Shown one piece after another: positions 31,722-46,461 of a DNA stretch of 64,000 bases. Within the stretch, counting starts at the first letter, position 1. Each line of letters starts with the position of its first letter. The position numbers were made by a program, and so were the translations under genes. Origin of the DNA: Octopus vulgaris (taxonomy: Eukaryota); assembly GCA_951406725.2 (NCBI GenBank), contig OX597828.1:44268001-44332000 (forward strand), given 5' to 3'. The notes below the pieces were generated by a model. The model worked only from the letters and a program-made list of their open reading frames with translations, was not told the DNA's origin and ran no database searches.

Positions 31722-31976
31722 TAAATAATGAGGGCGATAAATTGAATATTAATTTAATTAACATCAATTTAAAACCAGTAGCCTAGCATATAGAAAAGTC
31801 GGGAAATTAAGAAAAATTGTATTACATGCGTATAAGAAGGGATGACCGCTAAGTTGACATCCAATATGCTAGAAGTAGATCACCTACGATCTAACCAAAA
31901 AGAAAAGAATGATCTCTAGAAAAATTCAGCAAACACTGGTTGTCTTACACGCCTATGTTCTGGTGTTTGCTGAATA
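31722..31976 (-). mobile_element. Diverged relative of the 546-bp repeat unit, flanked by (TA)n, with a terminal fold-back
   Basis: gaggg.gataaatt..atattaattt...atcaatttaaaaccagtag...atgctagaag.agatca...aattcagc.aacac shared with 57335-57545; attcagcaaacac...gtgtttgctgaat inverted repeat at 31924-31975. Confidence 0.75.
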
Positions 31977-32079
31977 TATATATATATATATGTATGTATG
32001 TATGTATAAAAATACATATACATATATACATAAATATATGTATAGAATATATATATCTGTAGATGTATATATAAATATA

Positions 32080-32166
<87 letters not shown>

Positions 32167-32188
32167 CTGTGTCTGTGTGTGTGTGTCT

Positions 32189-32227
<39 letters not shown>

Positions 32228-32370
32228 TCCAATCTAATTAAATTCTATATTTTTGTGCAGCTGAAGATTGCTGTACATTTTGAATTGATGTAATGATTGC
32301 ATTGTTCAATTAAATGGAGTCGCATGAAACGATCGTCCTGCATTACCTCTGGATATCCTTGTTGCTTACT

Positions 32371-32411
<41 letters not shown>

Positions 32412-32730
32412 AATTGAATAAATGTTTCCATACAACAGTTCTTTAGATAGACAAGTATTTGTCGGCATTGAAGTGGCTGTATTCTCCACATCGAGCAACT
32501 GCTGTATCGCTTGCGGCGGCGGTGGAGAGAGCGGAGTTTTAATGTACCAGTAATCTAGATATGTCATGCCCTTATGTCGCCCCCACCTGATTCGGAAATC
32601 GAAACCGCGATCTCGTGATAAGCAAGCAGGTAATAAGGTCAGGAAAAGACGAAGAGTAAGTATATATTAAATGGTGCTAGGTAGGATTTTAGAGTTACGT
32701 CAGCTTGTAAACGAATATTTCAGTTTATTC

Positions 32731-32825
<95 letters not shown>

Positions 32826-33721
32826 TTATGCTCAACATATATGTGAGTGTGTGTAAGATGAGCTTAGAGATATAGAGACGAAGTGAGCCGGATTGACGGA
32901 AACAGATAAACAAGGATAAATGGACAGAGAAAGAAACAGATAGAAAATGAGAGAGAGAGAGCGAGAGGAGGAGAGAACATGTGAAAGGCGGTGAGAGTGA
33001 GCAAGTGGGGAGGAATGACCACATTATTTTGCGGTTTCAACTTGTTCGATCCATCCATGAAGAAAAGAGGAAAAACAGAAGCATGAACACACACCTAGGC
33101 CTGTAAACGTTTGTGTCTGTTTGACTTGGTTCTGTTGCATACATGTGTTATCGCGTGCAGCCACCAACAACTGCCCCGGTTTGTGAGTTGCGTACAATTG
33201 TGTGTGCCTAGGCGTACACACACGTACACACACATATACACACACACTCATATATATATTCGTTAGTATAGTTTTGTATATGTGTGTATGTGTGTTTGTG
33301 TATACATAAACATATAGAAACTGAGACGTATATGAAACATGCGCCGTGGATTGGTGAATATATATGCATGCAGTTGCACACACGTACAACCACACAAATA
33401 CAATATATATATATATATATTATACATATGCACATACATGCATATATACATATATATATACATATATACATACATATACATGCATATAATATATATATAT
33501 ACATACATATATTTACATATACATATATATATATAAACATAAAAATAAATTTACATATACATATATATATGTATGTATATGTATATATATGTATATATAC
33601 ATAGTCTGTGTGCAGTTGTACGTGTGCATCTGCATATATATATATATTTAGGTATGTATATATATATGTATATAAATATATAGGTATATGCATGTTTATA
33701 TATATATGCGTGTGTGTGTGT

Positions 33722-33767
<46 letters not shown>

Positions 33768-34794
33768 AATTTCCTTTAATGCCCAAATCGGCAAGGATTT
33801 TTATTTTAGACTTTTTTATAGTTCTACTTATTTTTGTTTCTTTTCCTTTTGCTTTTTTTTTTAGGCATCTCTTGCTTCGTTTCTCTTTTGTTTAAAAAAA
33901 TACGATTTAACGCATGCTCGAGTTAGCAGAGGCTACCTGCAAGCCCTGTGCGCATGCGTTTGTTTTGTTGCAATAAGCGTATCGAATGCATTTGGTGTAA
34001 AGAGTTCTACTGTTTGTCAATCTATGCATCAACACACATTCTCTAATTCCTTCATTCATTTATTCAACCATTCGTCCATTTGTCCATTCTAGTGGAAGAG
34101 AGAGAGAGAGAGAAACAGACAGACAGACAGACAGACAGACAAACCGAGATACAGAGAGAGAGAGACAAGGTTTCGATCTCGCTAGAGTAGGATACAGGGG
34201 AGGACGTACAAAAAAGTTCAAACAAGATAAACAAAAAATATTAGGTGCATATAAAAACGAGAATGATGATGATATCCCCATGCACATTATATACACCATC
34301 GCCATTTTGTTCGAACTAGTTCGGCGGCGATTTACCGTTGACATAGTCTCCTAATTTCCTACCCATCTGTTTTCCGTCTCTCTCATTCAGTCTCTCTCCT
34401 TCTCCTTCTTACTTTTAACCAATTTTCTTTACGCCATTTTTGTTTGCTTTTATTTCCCTCTTCTTCTCTTCTACTTCTACCTCTTCATTTTTCTTTCTCA
34501 ACCCTTCATTTCAAACATATTCCCGTTTTATTTCTAGGGTCTCTCTATCTCTGTCTGTGCGTGTTTCTCTCTCTCTCTCTCTCTCTCTCTATTGTTTTCT
34601 TTGTCTTCTTTGTGTATTTCTTTCTCCGTCCTATTTTTTCCCTTTCTTTCCTCTCTCTCTCTGCTTCTTTCTCTCATTTTCTTTTCCATTTCCTATATTA
34701 CACCGGCATACTTTTGCACCAAATCTTTCTTTCACTAACACCGTTCCTATCGTTTACTTGCTGACTTCCTTTACACACTTACCGTTCATTCTTA

Positions 34795-34829
<35 letters not shown>

Positions 34830-36150
34830 TCTCAGTTCTCTCAACCCCACTCTTTCACTCCCTTTCTTTCTCACGCACGCAAACACACACAACCGAATAC
34901 GCACATATAATCGTAACTTGGTACTTATTCCTAGCAGATTAGACGACCACGTAGACGTTCGATCGGTTTCCACTTCAGTATACTACTGATTCACGTAGAA
35001 GTTTCTTAGTATGTGTTGCCTCTGTATAATAATCCTTTCTACTAAAGGAACAAGGCCTGAAAATATTGTTAATGAGTCCTGCCATCTTTTAATATTCAAT
35101 GCAAATATTCACTCTTGTTCGTGTTCTCTGGCACCAGAAATCGGAGAGGCCTGCGCTATAATCTTGGACGTTGATATCTTTAAAGCAACTGTAGCTCAAT
35201 GTTATAATTTGATGTGAAGTATAACTGTTTCTATACAGTATAGCTATGGAGGTTGTAATGTTTTCTCTGCACTTGTAACTGACTTTTACGTTATGTTTGT
35301 TTAATGGCAGCGTTGTAGTTGCATGGCAGTCATCTTGAGATTGAAACAAGGAAGCTATGTTTGTATTGCTCTTCCAAATTGCTTATACTATAAGCCAATT
35401 GCAAGGCCTGGCAGAAAAATCACCGTTGTTCGGTGACAGGCTGCAATTGTGCTGGAACAGGGAACGTAAGATATTTTATCCGAGGCCTTGATAATTCTTA
35501 CATTTTATCGCCCTTCGCTTTTATCTTTACTTGTTTCAGTTATTCTATTGCGGCGTTATTGTGGCATCACCTTGAAGGATTTTGTTGAACAAATCGACAT
35601 ATATACATGTAATCTGAGTCCAGTACTTATTCTATCATCCTAATTTACCGAACCGGTACGTAACAGGTACGTAGAGGAACCAGCGCTAAACGCCAAGCGA
35701 TTACGGAGAGCGAACATAAACACACATACACACACACACACACACACAAACACACTCAGACACACATGCACACACATGCACATACAAACACATATATAAT
35801 ACGTCGGTTCAATTTCTCCCAGAATATACCTGCTGCTCTGTACGTACGTTGTTATGGTGTGCCTGAAGTTTAACAAAGTTGCTGTATAACAATACGAAAT
35901 AATAGCGGAAGCAGGCAAAACGTGGACAACACAAGAAGATCAAAATACACACATTATATGACCACACATAGACATAAATACAAAAACACACTCACACACT
36001 GATGAAAACACATTCACAGCTAAATGCAAAAAAAAAAAATGAAGTTTCATTGCTACAAACAGAAATTTAATTAATAACATAATACGCATTTGCATATTCT
36101 TACAATGTTTTGAAACCATAGACGTGAGCGTAGCTTTGTAGTAAGGAGTG

Positions 36151-36365
36151 TAAGGCGGCGAGCTGGCAGAGACGTTAACACGCTGGACAAAATACTTAAC
36201 GGCATTTCGCCTGTCGCTACGTTCTGAGTTCAAATTCCGCGGAAGTCGACTTTGACTTTCATCCTTTCAGGTTCGATAAATTAAGTGCCAGTTGCGTACT
36301 GGGGTCGATCTAATCGATTGCCCACTCACCCCAAATTTCGGGCATTGTGCCTAGAGTAGAAAAGA
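36151..36365 (+). mobile_element. SINE family M, full head and body
   Basis: ggcggcgagctggcaga...gagttcaaattccgc...gtcgactttgactttcatcctttc. Confidence 0.85.
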
Positions 36366-36439
36366 GAAGGGGTTTAAGATGTAATCGACTTCTTCCCTCC
36401 CCCAATGTTTCGGGCTCTGTGTCTATAATGGAAAGGATT

Positions 36440-37422
36440 TGTGGTAAGGAGTTTGTTTCCCAAGCAGGTAGTTTCAGGTTCTGTCCCACAGGGTAGCAAA
36501 TGACTTCTACTACAGCCCTGGGCCAATTAAAGCCTTGTGAGTGGATTTGGTAGAGGGAACCTCAAAAAAGCTCATCATATATACATATGTATATATGAGT
36601 GCGTATGTGCGTTTATGTGTGTGTGTGCGTGTGTGATTTTCTCTCCACCATTCTTGACAGGTGGTGTTGATTTGTTTACGTAGCGTAACTTAGAAATTCG
36701 TCATGCAGAGACTGATAGAATAGGTACCAGGCTTAAATAAGAGGAATAAATTCTGGAGATGATTTGTTGAGTTAAACATTGAAGTGGATGCCCCAGCATA
36801 GGCGCAGTCCAATAAATGAAACAAGTAAAAGTTTAAAAAAAGAGAAAGGATATACGCGCAGGCGTGGCTTTGTGGTAAGAATCTTGCTTCTCAAACTCAT
36901 GGTTCCAGGTTCAGTTCCACTGCATAGCACCTTGAGCAAGTATCGTTTACTCGGGCCGACAAAAGCCATATCATTGGATTTTGGTAGATGGAAACTGAGA
37001 GAAGCCCATCGTGTGTAATTCAAATTACAAGAATGTATATAACCAGAAGATACAAATATTACAGGCATCCCCCCCACACACACACTAAATAAACATAGAC
37101 GCACATAGTGATATAAGCATGCGCAAATGAAGACATACAATAGAAATACAAAATGGCTGACGGTTAGTAAGGAGAGACACAAGTAAGTGAGAAGAAAACA
37201 AAGGACCACTGATGCGGTCACAGGAGTGTGACGAAAGAACTTTGGCCGAAATAAGATTAAGATTAATGTAAAAAATAAATATCACTGAAGCAAAATAACA
37301 CCAAATATATAGTGCGTGTGTTTTTATTGGCTAAACTGGCAATATGACCATTCCGAAATATAACAATATCTGTTTCAACACACGACTTCACATAAAAAAT
37401 CTTGCACAACAAATATTTAAAC

Positions 37423-37485
<63 letters not shown>

Positions 37486-37670
37486 TACATATATATATAT
37501 GTTTGTGTGACTGTGTTTGTCCACCCCAACATCGCTTGAAAACAGATGTTGGTGTTTCCGTCCCTGTAACTTAGGGATTCAGCAGAAAAGCCTGATAGAA
37601 TAACTACTAGACTTACAAAGAATAAAAGGCAATGTTCCAGCATGACCCCAGTCAAATAAATAAGTAAAAG
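36440..37670 (+). mobile_element. Two diverged SINE family C copies (36440-36830; head 36857-37015 with tail 37505-37670)
   Basis: gccttgtgagtggatttggtaga, tgatagaata and ccagcat motifs. Confidence 0.7.
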
Positions 37671-37934
37671 AATAAAAAATTAAAAGAATAAGCACAAGGC
37701 CTGAAATTTTAGGTATGTTGGTGGGAACTAGTGGATTAGGTTGATTCAACTGCTCGGCTGGTACTTAGCTTATCGATTCCGAAAGGCAGAGAAGACTTCA
37801 GTTTCAAATTCAGTGGAAGTTGAATTTATAATATTGACACAAGTGTGACTATGCGACACTTCGCCGGGTGTCCGAGGCGGCCGGTACGTTCACTGTGAAA
37901 AAATTAGTGGCGAATATATACATATATATATATG

Positions 37935-37968
<34 letters not shown>

Positions 37969-38028
37969 TGTATGTATGTATGTATGTATGTATGTATATA
38001 TGTATGTATGTATATGTATGTATGTATA

Positions 38029-38071
<43 letters not shown>

Positions 38072-38152
38072 ATATATATATATAGTATATATATGTATAT
38101 ATGTATATGTGTGTATAGATATGTATATCTATCTATCTATGTATACACACAT

Positions 38153-38223
<71 letters not shown>

Positions 38224-38226
38224 ATA

Positions 38227-38400
38227 CTAGCTGGCGTATCCGGCAAGTACCGGGAAAGCGGGGCTTATCCCTTGGTTCCGTTCTCATAATTGTTTCGCTA
38301 ATCCAATAACAACGATACAAATTTTTTAGCGCTTAAAACGGTTTTATGCATTTACTGAGAATACCGAACTGTTTTACACAGGATCTTGTTTTTAGGAATT
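38227..38400 (-). mobile_element. Probable Helitron 3' end
   Basis: CTAG at 38227-38230 with a CCGG-caagta-CCGG hairpin about 10 bp inside; same layout as 61526. Confidence 0.45.
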
Positions 38401-38477
38401 CCCAATAAGTTATGAATACCCAAATTGTGAACTCAGGGCTGTTGGTGATATTTTTTTCCTTGGACTTTCAGTTTTTT

Positions 38478-38511
38478 TTTTCAGACGAAGAGCTATGCTC
38501 GAAACGTCAAA
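38478..38511 (+). ncRNA. Minimal HHR motif, family B (core U4>A, probably dead)
   Basis: ttt-CAGACGA-A-GAGC-tat-GCTC-GAAA-CG-TC-aaa. Confidence 0.55.
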
Positions 38512-38653
38512 GGCTTTCTCATTATACAGAACGTGAAACTAATACAATCCACATGCACGTCTTACTGTTGTTTTGCATGGTTGTTGTTAATGCTTGATTA
38601 TTCGGTTTGCTTACACATGTGTGTGTGTGCGTGTTTGTGCGTGTACGTGTGTT

Positions 38654-38709
<56 letters not shown>

Positions 38710-38754
38710 TTAGCATTTGTGCGTGTGTATACATACACACATACATGGTGTTTT

Positions 38755-39005
38755 CGATGCTCAGTAGTTATGGCGACGTTATGCCTCCATTCATCTTCCT
38801 GTGGTGATAGTGCTGCCCTGGGTCAAGATGATGGCAGCTGGAAGGCCCTATGTCTGGCAGCAGAACGGTGCATCATGCCACACAAGCAGGAGAACCCAGC
38901 CATGGCTGTCAGACAATTTCTGCGACCACATCAACACTAATATCTGGCCACTTAACTCCCAGACTGCGGCCCACTTGATTATTTTATATGGGGTGCAGTT
39001 GAGCC
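38755..39005 (+). pseudogene. Tc1/mariner-superfamily (DD37D/maT-like) transposase fragment
   Basis: VLPWVKMMAAGRPYVWQQNGASCHTSRRTQPWLSDNF...IWPLNS, then frameshifted PLDYFIWGAVE, matching QQDxAPxH...WPPxSPDxNPLDY. Confidence 0.85.
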
Positions 39006-39029
39006 CCACATATAATATATGTGTGTGCA

Positions 39030-39107
<78 letters not shown>

Positions 39108-39362
39108 TGTGTGTAATAGATACCATAAGAGTAATAAACGCATAATGTGAATTCCAAAGCTGCAATATTGTTATCGGCTACCTTATGCAATCATACGGTT
39201 GGATTACTAAGTTAACTTGATGTACATGTAGAAATCCGTTAGTGTATGGAGAATTTGTATAAAATTTTACAGCACTGCTCTCAAATCCACTCACCTGATG
39301 TTGTCCGATTACATAAAATGTTGTTGGATTATATTTATTTACATAATGTTTATGTAATAGTA

Positions 39363-39662
39363 GCGTGGAAATTGTTTATAAGCCATTTAAGAAACACACA
39401 AAACCGTTAGATTCACTTTAACATTTGAATTTAATTTGTCAAAATATTTTCTGAGATGCAGCACGAAATTTTGACAGTGAACAGGGCGCGGTCTCAAAGC
39501 GACGAAAATATTTTGACAAGTTAAATTTAAATGTTGAAGTGAATCTAACGGTTTTTGTGTGTATCTTAAATGGCTTATAAACACCTTCCACGCTGCAATT
39601 GATTTAGTTCCAAGCACACGATCACAGATCAAGTCACTCGCTGTGCAAGTACATCTCCGTAA
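39363..39662. mobile_element. Palindromic (fold-back) insert with 13-bp flanking direct repeat
   Basis: Imperfect ~88-bp arms at 39362-39450 and 39505-39594; TTATGTAATAGTA at 39350-39362 and 39663-39675. Confidence 0.75.
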
Positions 39663-39757
39663 TTATGTAATAGTATTTTATGGAAAACTCAGCTGTTACC
39701 AATGCACAGAAACAGTTGTTGTGATTCGTGATTAATGCCTGTTCATTCAATCATCCT

Positions 39758-39789
<32 letters not shown>

Positions 39790-39791
<2 letters not shown>

Positions 39792-40145
39792 ACTGTGAGG
39801 ATAAAATTCTTTTAGAAAAAAAGTATATTTTCTCGAAAAAAATTTTATCAATGGCCAGCATATTAAAAAATACCTTTAACGGTTAAATTTATAAACAATT
39901 CATAAATGAGGGCAAAGGAAAAAAATTTCTTTTGCCACATGTATCACTAACGAAGAGAGGGCTCTTAGTAGCTAACTCTGTAATCGGTCCGATATGGTAA
40001 TAATGGAATTTTTTAGAAATTTCTGTCGACCTTTTTTCGGGTAGCGTGCGTATTGTGAAAAAATTATATGGTTAATGGACAATATGTCCAATTTTTCGGC
40101 ATATTTGGCATTAGAAATTTTTTCCTTTGCCCTCATTTATGAATT

Positions 40146-40147
<2 letters not shown>
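39790..40147 (+). mobile_element. HHR-bearing element family A, second copy, with terminal inverted repeat, inside (TA)n
   Basis: Inverted repeat 39895-39930 / 40113-40147; degenerate HHR at 39942-39999 (CTAACGA, GTAA). Confidence 0.7.
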
Positions 40148-40186
<39 letters not shown>

Positions 40187-40809
40187 AATATATATATGCA
40201 CGTGTGGTGGCGAGAGGTGTATAAATGTATGTACGCATGTACCGTGCATTATATTTCTATCTCACACTTTAGTCGTTTTCTGTATCCCACATCCGTCACC
40301 TATATGTCTTTCACTATTTTATATTCGACGTTTCTCACAATCTCTCTTTATATCTATCTTTGTCTCTTTTTCAGTCAAAATTTAGTCTCTCTCTTTCTCT
40401 CTTCCTCTCTCTTCCTCTCTCTTTCTCTCCTCCCCCATCTCTTTCTACACTAGTACAATTCTGCCAATCATTTTTCAGGTTTTTTTTCTTTCCTCTCGTT
40501 CTTCCATTTTATTTTCTACAATTTCTCTTCACTTTCTCTCACATGCGTCTCACATCTCTCTCTCGCTCTTGCTCTCTGTCTCTTCCATTCCCTCTCTGTC
40601 CCCACCTCTCATTCCTTCCATTCCTCCCTTCTCTCTCTCTCTTTTCTTTCTTTCTTTCTCTTCTGCATGTATATTTGACTTTTTGCAATACCCAATTGGT
40701 TGCATATGCAAACGAATGTAAAATAAATAAACGTACATGTGGGTGTACGTGCGCATGTGAAAGTGCCTTCGTGTCTTCATATGCATCTACATATGCATAT
40801 ATACGGTTT

Positions 40810-40851
<42 letters not shown>

Positions 40852-40905
40852 CATACATACACATACACGCGAGTGTGTGTTTGTGTATATATACATATAC
40901 ATACA

Positions 40906-40964
<59 letters not shown>

Positions 40965-41097
40965 TATACATCTACGTTTATGTACATACATATATATATA
41001 TATACACACACATACATATATATATATATGTATATGCATATATATATATATACATATATATGTATATATATTTGTGTGTGTGTGTATATATATATAT

Positions 41098-41145
<48 letters not shown>

Positions 41146-42079
41146 AAACAGGTATATATATATATATATATATACATATATATACATAAATGCATGAGTG
41201 TATATATATGGTGTGTGCGTGTGTGTGTGTGTTTGTATGTATGTGTGTGTGTGTGTGTGAGCGCAATTACAGCACACGCAGGAAAAAAGACAAAGGAGCA
41301 CGTGGTAATGGCAGCAAATGCAGTTTGGGTGTGGTAAGGTGAGAGGAGAGAGAGAGAGGGAGAAAGAAAGAGAGAGAGAGAAAAGGAAGGTGTGAGGTAG
41401 AAACGGAGAGACTGTCGATAAGGGTGTACTGTCGTGCGGCTGCGTGGTCGAAAGCATGATCTGTGAGGAGAGAGAGAGAGAGGGGGGGATAGATAGTGGG
41501 ACGAGAGAGAGGGAGATAGGGGGACGAGCGAGAGAGAGAGAGAGAGAGGGAGGGAGGGAGAGGGAGTGAGAGACATAGGGGTGTGGATGGCTTGGCTAGC
41601 GATTGGGCGTGGTAGGGTTGTTAACTGACTTAGCGGTAGGCAGGGGGAATCCCCGGAGCGGAGCGATAACGGTGGCTTTGTCGGTGGTGAGTGTGGCGGA
41701 AAGACTTTAAGGGGTAGGGGGGAATCAAGATGAGGAATGATATTGACTGTGGCGAATTATAGGGACAGAGGTGGGTGAAGGGTTAGCTCTGGTGGTGGTG
41801 GTGGTGGTGGTGGTGGCGGGGGAGGCAATGGTGAAGTGTTGGATAAGAGACAGAGAGGTGGGAAATGGTTGGTAAGGGATGCTGAGCAGGGGGATGATGC
41901 GGTGGCCACTGCGATAATATAGGCTGTCGCAGCAGTAGCAGCAGTAGCAGCAGTAGCAGCAGTAGCAGCAGTAGCAGCATGCGGTATTGTTGTTGGGAAG
42001 ACAATCGGAAGTGGTTAAAAAGAGGAAACAATAAGACGGTGGCGATTATTAAGGGGAGGAGGAGGGGGAAGAGGAGGAA

Positions 42080-42082
42080 TGA

Positions 42083-42127
<45 letters not shown>

Positions 42128-42528
42128 GGCGATGTTGACGATGATGACGGTGATGATAATGACGATGATGATGACGATGATGACGGTGATGATGAGGATG
42201 TTCATGATGGATGATGATGACGACGAAGATGATGATGATGATGATGATGACGACGATGATGATGATGTTGATGATGATGGTGATGATAATGGTGATGATG
42301 GGGTAGGCGTGAGGGTGATGATGAGGGTGATAGTGGTGATGGTGATGAGGACAACAACGATGACAACGATGATGATGCCGACGACGACGACGATGATGAT
42401 AATGATCATGATGATGGGGGGGGGCATGAAGGTGATGATAAGGGTGAGGGTGACGATGTGTGTGATGTTGATGATGTTGATGAGAACGACGACGACGACG
42501 ATGATGGCGACGACGACGACGACGATGG

Positions 42529-42567
<39 letters not shown>

Positions 42568-42720
42568 GGATGATGATGACGACGACGACAAAGATGACTT
42601 CGACAACGAATATGACGTCCAAGTCGATGATAATTAGGGATGATAACGATGATTGTGATGATGATGATACTGACATCGTCGTCATTGTCATCTTCATGAT
42701 AACGATCATCATCGGCAGCT
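42080..42720. repeat. (GAT)n/(GAC)n low-complexity tract
   Basis: Direct reading. Confidence 0.93.
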
Positions 42721-42979
42721 GTAGCAGAAGAAGAAACAGTAGCAATAGCAGCAGCACCAACAGCATCTCAAGTCATCGTCATCAAAATGACTTAAACGAA
42801 GATGGAGAAAAAAATAAAGTCGATCCGGATATCAACGATGAAGATGCTGTGAAATGCCGATGACGATAAAGATGAAGATGAAGACGAAAGGCTTGTGTTA
42901 TAGAGGGATATATAGGAACACTAACACATGCACACTCACACACACACAAGTGTACACACACGCACACATGCATGTTCAG

Positions 42980-43046
<67 letters not shown>

Positions 43047-43064
43047 CTCTTTACTGTTTTAATA

Positions 43065-43253
43065 TTTTACTTGTTTCAGTCATTTGACTGTGGCCATGCT
43101 GGAGCACCGCATTTAATCGAGCAAATCGACCCCAGAACTTATTCTTTGTAAGCCTAGTACTTATTCTATCGGTCTCTTTTGCCGAACCGCAATACACACC
43201 AGCATCGGTTGTCAAACGATGTTGGTAGGAAAAGCACAAATGCACAAATACAC

Positions 43254-43328
<75 letters not shown>

Positions 43329-43499
43329 TACATATATACGACGGGCTTCTTTTCAGTTTCCGTCTAACAGATCCACTCACAAGGCTTTGGTCGGTCCGAG
43401 GCTATAGTAGAAGTCAGTTGCCCAAGATGCCACGCAGTGGGACTGAACCCAGAACCATGTGATTGGTAAGCAAGCTACATACCACACTGCCACTCCTGC

Positions 43500-43500
<1 letters not shown>
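43065..43500 (-). mobile_element. SINE family C, full-length
   Basis: Colinear with 49905-50301. Confidence 0.9.
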
Positions 43501-43544
<44 letters not shown>

Positions 43545-43769
43545 AGGTATATGGATATGTGTGTATGAATGCATGTATTTATGTATGTATGTATGTATGT
43601 ATGTATGTATGTATGTATGTATGTATGTATGTATGTATGTATGCATGTATATGTGTATGTATGCATGAATATGAAATATTAACACAGAAAAAACAATAAT
43701 TTCCACGGCCACTACCACCACTACAACAGAAGATGTAACCACGATCATGACAACGATGACATTTTTATC

Positions 43770-43800
<31 letters not shown>

Positions 43801-44222
43801 GCGCGCGCGTGTGTGTCTGTGTGTGTCTGTGTGTGTATTAAAAATGGAAGAAATAATAGCTATTAGCCGCAGCGTCCGACCACATTCACCGCAATTCTGT
43901 CACCGCAAACAAAATGGCCGCCGCTTTCCCTATCTCTGTTTTTACATATATATATATATATATATATATATTGTTATTTTTTTATCGTCAATTCTTTATT
44001 TTTACAGCTACGAATGCAACATCAACATCAAGACCGCAATCAACGTTGTGGTAAACATGGCTGCCGTACTCACTTAGAAATAAGGAGACAAAAAAAAACA
44101 CAAAACAATTTTGCGGGCAGGGGAGAGTAAAGTGACAATAAAAAAAACACTAACGCAACAAACATGGCTGCCTTGAAAACAAGAACGCGTATGCATGCAT
44201 GTGTATATGGTTATATGTATGG

Positions 44223-44315
<93 letters not shown>

Positions 44316-44618
44316 TATATGTATATATATATATGTATATATATATATGCATGTATGTATGTGTGTGTATATGTGTGTGCATATATGTATGTATGTGTGT
44401 GTGTATGTGTATATACATACATATACATATATACATACATATGCATATATATATATACACGCATTTACATATATATATATATGTGTGTGTGTACTTGTAC
44501 ATATATATATACATAAATGTATTTACACATACACACACATATATAGATATAGTACTCTTACAAATGTGTGCATATCTGTGTGTACGTGTGTGTGTACGAG
44601 TGTGCGTGTGCGTGCGCG

Positions 44619-44649
<31 letters not shown>

Positions 44650-46314
44650 TTGTGTGTTTAAACAATAACATTTCTCCTTTAAACGTCACCAATATCAACA
44701 CCGAAAAACAGTCACCATTTCGGTAAACAGCACACATTGTGTCAATAAAACAAACTCACTCAAAGCAAACAAATGAGACACAATGTCATCCCGCTCCGCC
44801 ACCTCCACCACCACCACCACCACCACCACCACCACCGCCGCCACCACCACTACCGCCACCGCCAGCACCACCACCGCCGCCGCCGCCACCACCGCCACTA
44901 CCCCCACCACCATCATCATCGTCATCATCATCATCATGTAGAGCACCATCGATATGATCTCCGATAGAATGGCATTCTCAGTTGATTCCATTCTACACTA
45001 TAGAGCAGTAACATTATTATCACCACCACCACCGCCAACGCTACCTGCCCTTCCTCCCTTCCTCCCTCCCTCCCTTCCCCCTGCTACAAACGCTACAAAT
45101 GTCACCACCAACCACCAACACGAACACCACCACCATCATATCTGTTTTCATTAACTCGCTCCGTCGTCGCCCCTCCCCCGCTTCCAATAGCGTCATTAAC
45201 TAAATCGGCAACGCCGCCATCACCCCGATCACTAGTTACCAGCAATGCATACCATCATCGCAACCTCAGACGAGTTCTGTAAATTCCCCACCACTGCCAT
45301 CAGCACCACTAACTACAATACGGCAACTAACAAGAGTACCATTATCACCCTCGTCGTGGTTATCGTCGTCGTTGTCTTCATCATCATCATCATCTTTCTC
45401 CTCCTCCTCCTCCTCATCATCATCATCATCGTCATCAACATCATTATCATCATCATCATCAACATCATCGTCATCATCATCATTGACAGCAGCAGCAGCA
45501 GCAGCATCGCCATCATGCCCTTCATCATCATCCTCATTCTCATCATCATCACCATAATCCTCATTATCATCATCATTATCATCATCAGCATCAAGATCAT
45601 CGTCATCAATATCATCGTCATCATCATCATTGACAGCAGCAGCAGCATCACCGCCATCATCCTCATCATCATCATCAACATCATCAGTACCATCATCGAA
45701 ATCTCGTCATCATCAACATCCAATCATCGTCGTTGTCGTCATCATCATCAGCAACAGCAACAGTAGCCGCATCACCACCACCACCACCATCGTCTCGTCG
45801 CCATCATCGTCATCGTCAAGCGCATCTTCAATATCGAAACATTGAGTTGCCAACACCATCACCGCCATTGCGGTCACCGATACCGTCATCCCCCCCCCCC
45901 ATGACCATCACTACAGATTCTATACTATCAAACTATCAATAACTACGCCATCGACAACCCCCATCTCGACAAACATTAAAACCATCACCAACAGCAACAA
46001 CATCAGCCTCATTACAAGGGAAAGGCACTCGAAAGATTGGGACTCCATCTCTAACGGATACCCCCCTCCAGTTACTGTCTCATAGCTGTGTTGCCGCCTC
46101 TCTCACACTCTCTCCCTCTTTCGCTTGCTCTCTCTCTCTTTCGCTCTCTCTCTCTCCCTCTCTCTCTCTCTCCCTTCTTTGGTGCTTTTCCTATCGCTAC
46201 TATTATCGCCTCAGCTTCTCAGAACTAGCTGGTTTCGAACCTCTACCACCTATCATCTCTCATCATAATCATCATTATCGTCGTTGTCATAATCATCATC
46301 ACCATCAACATCAC

Positions 46315-46362
<48 letters not shown>

Positions 46363-46399
46363 CTTCCTCATCATCATCATCATCATCCTCCTCCTCCTC

Positions 46400-46461
<62 letters not shown>

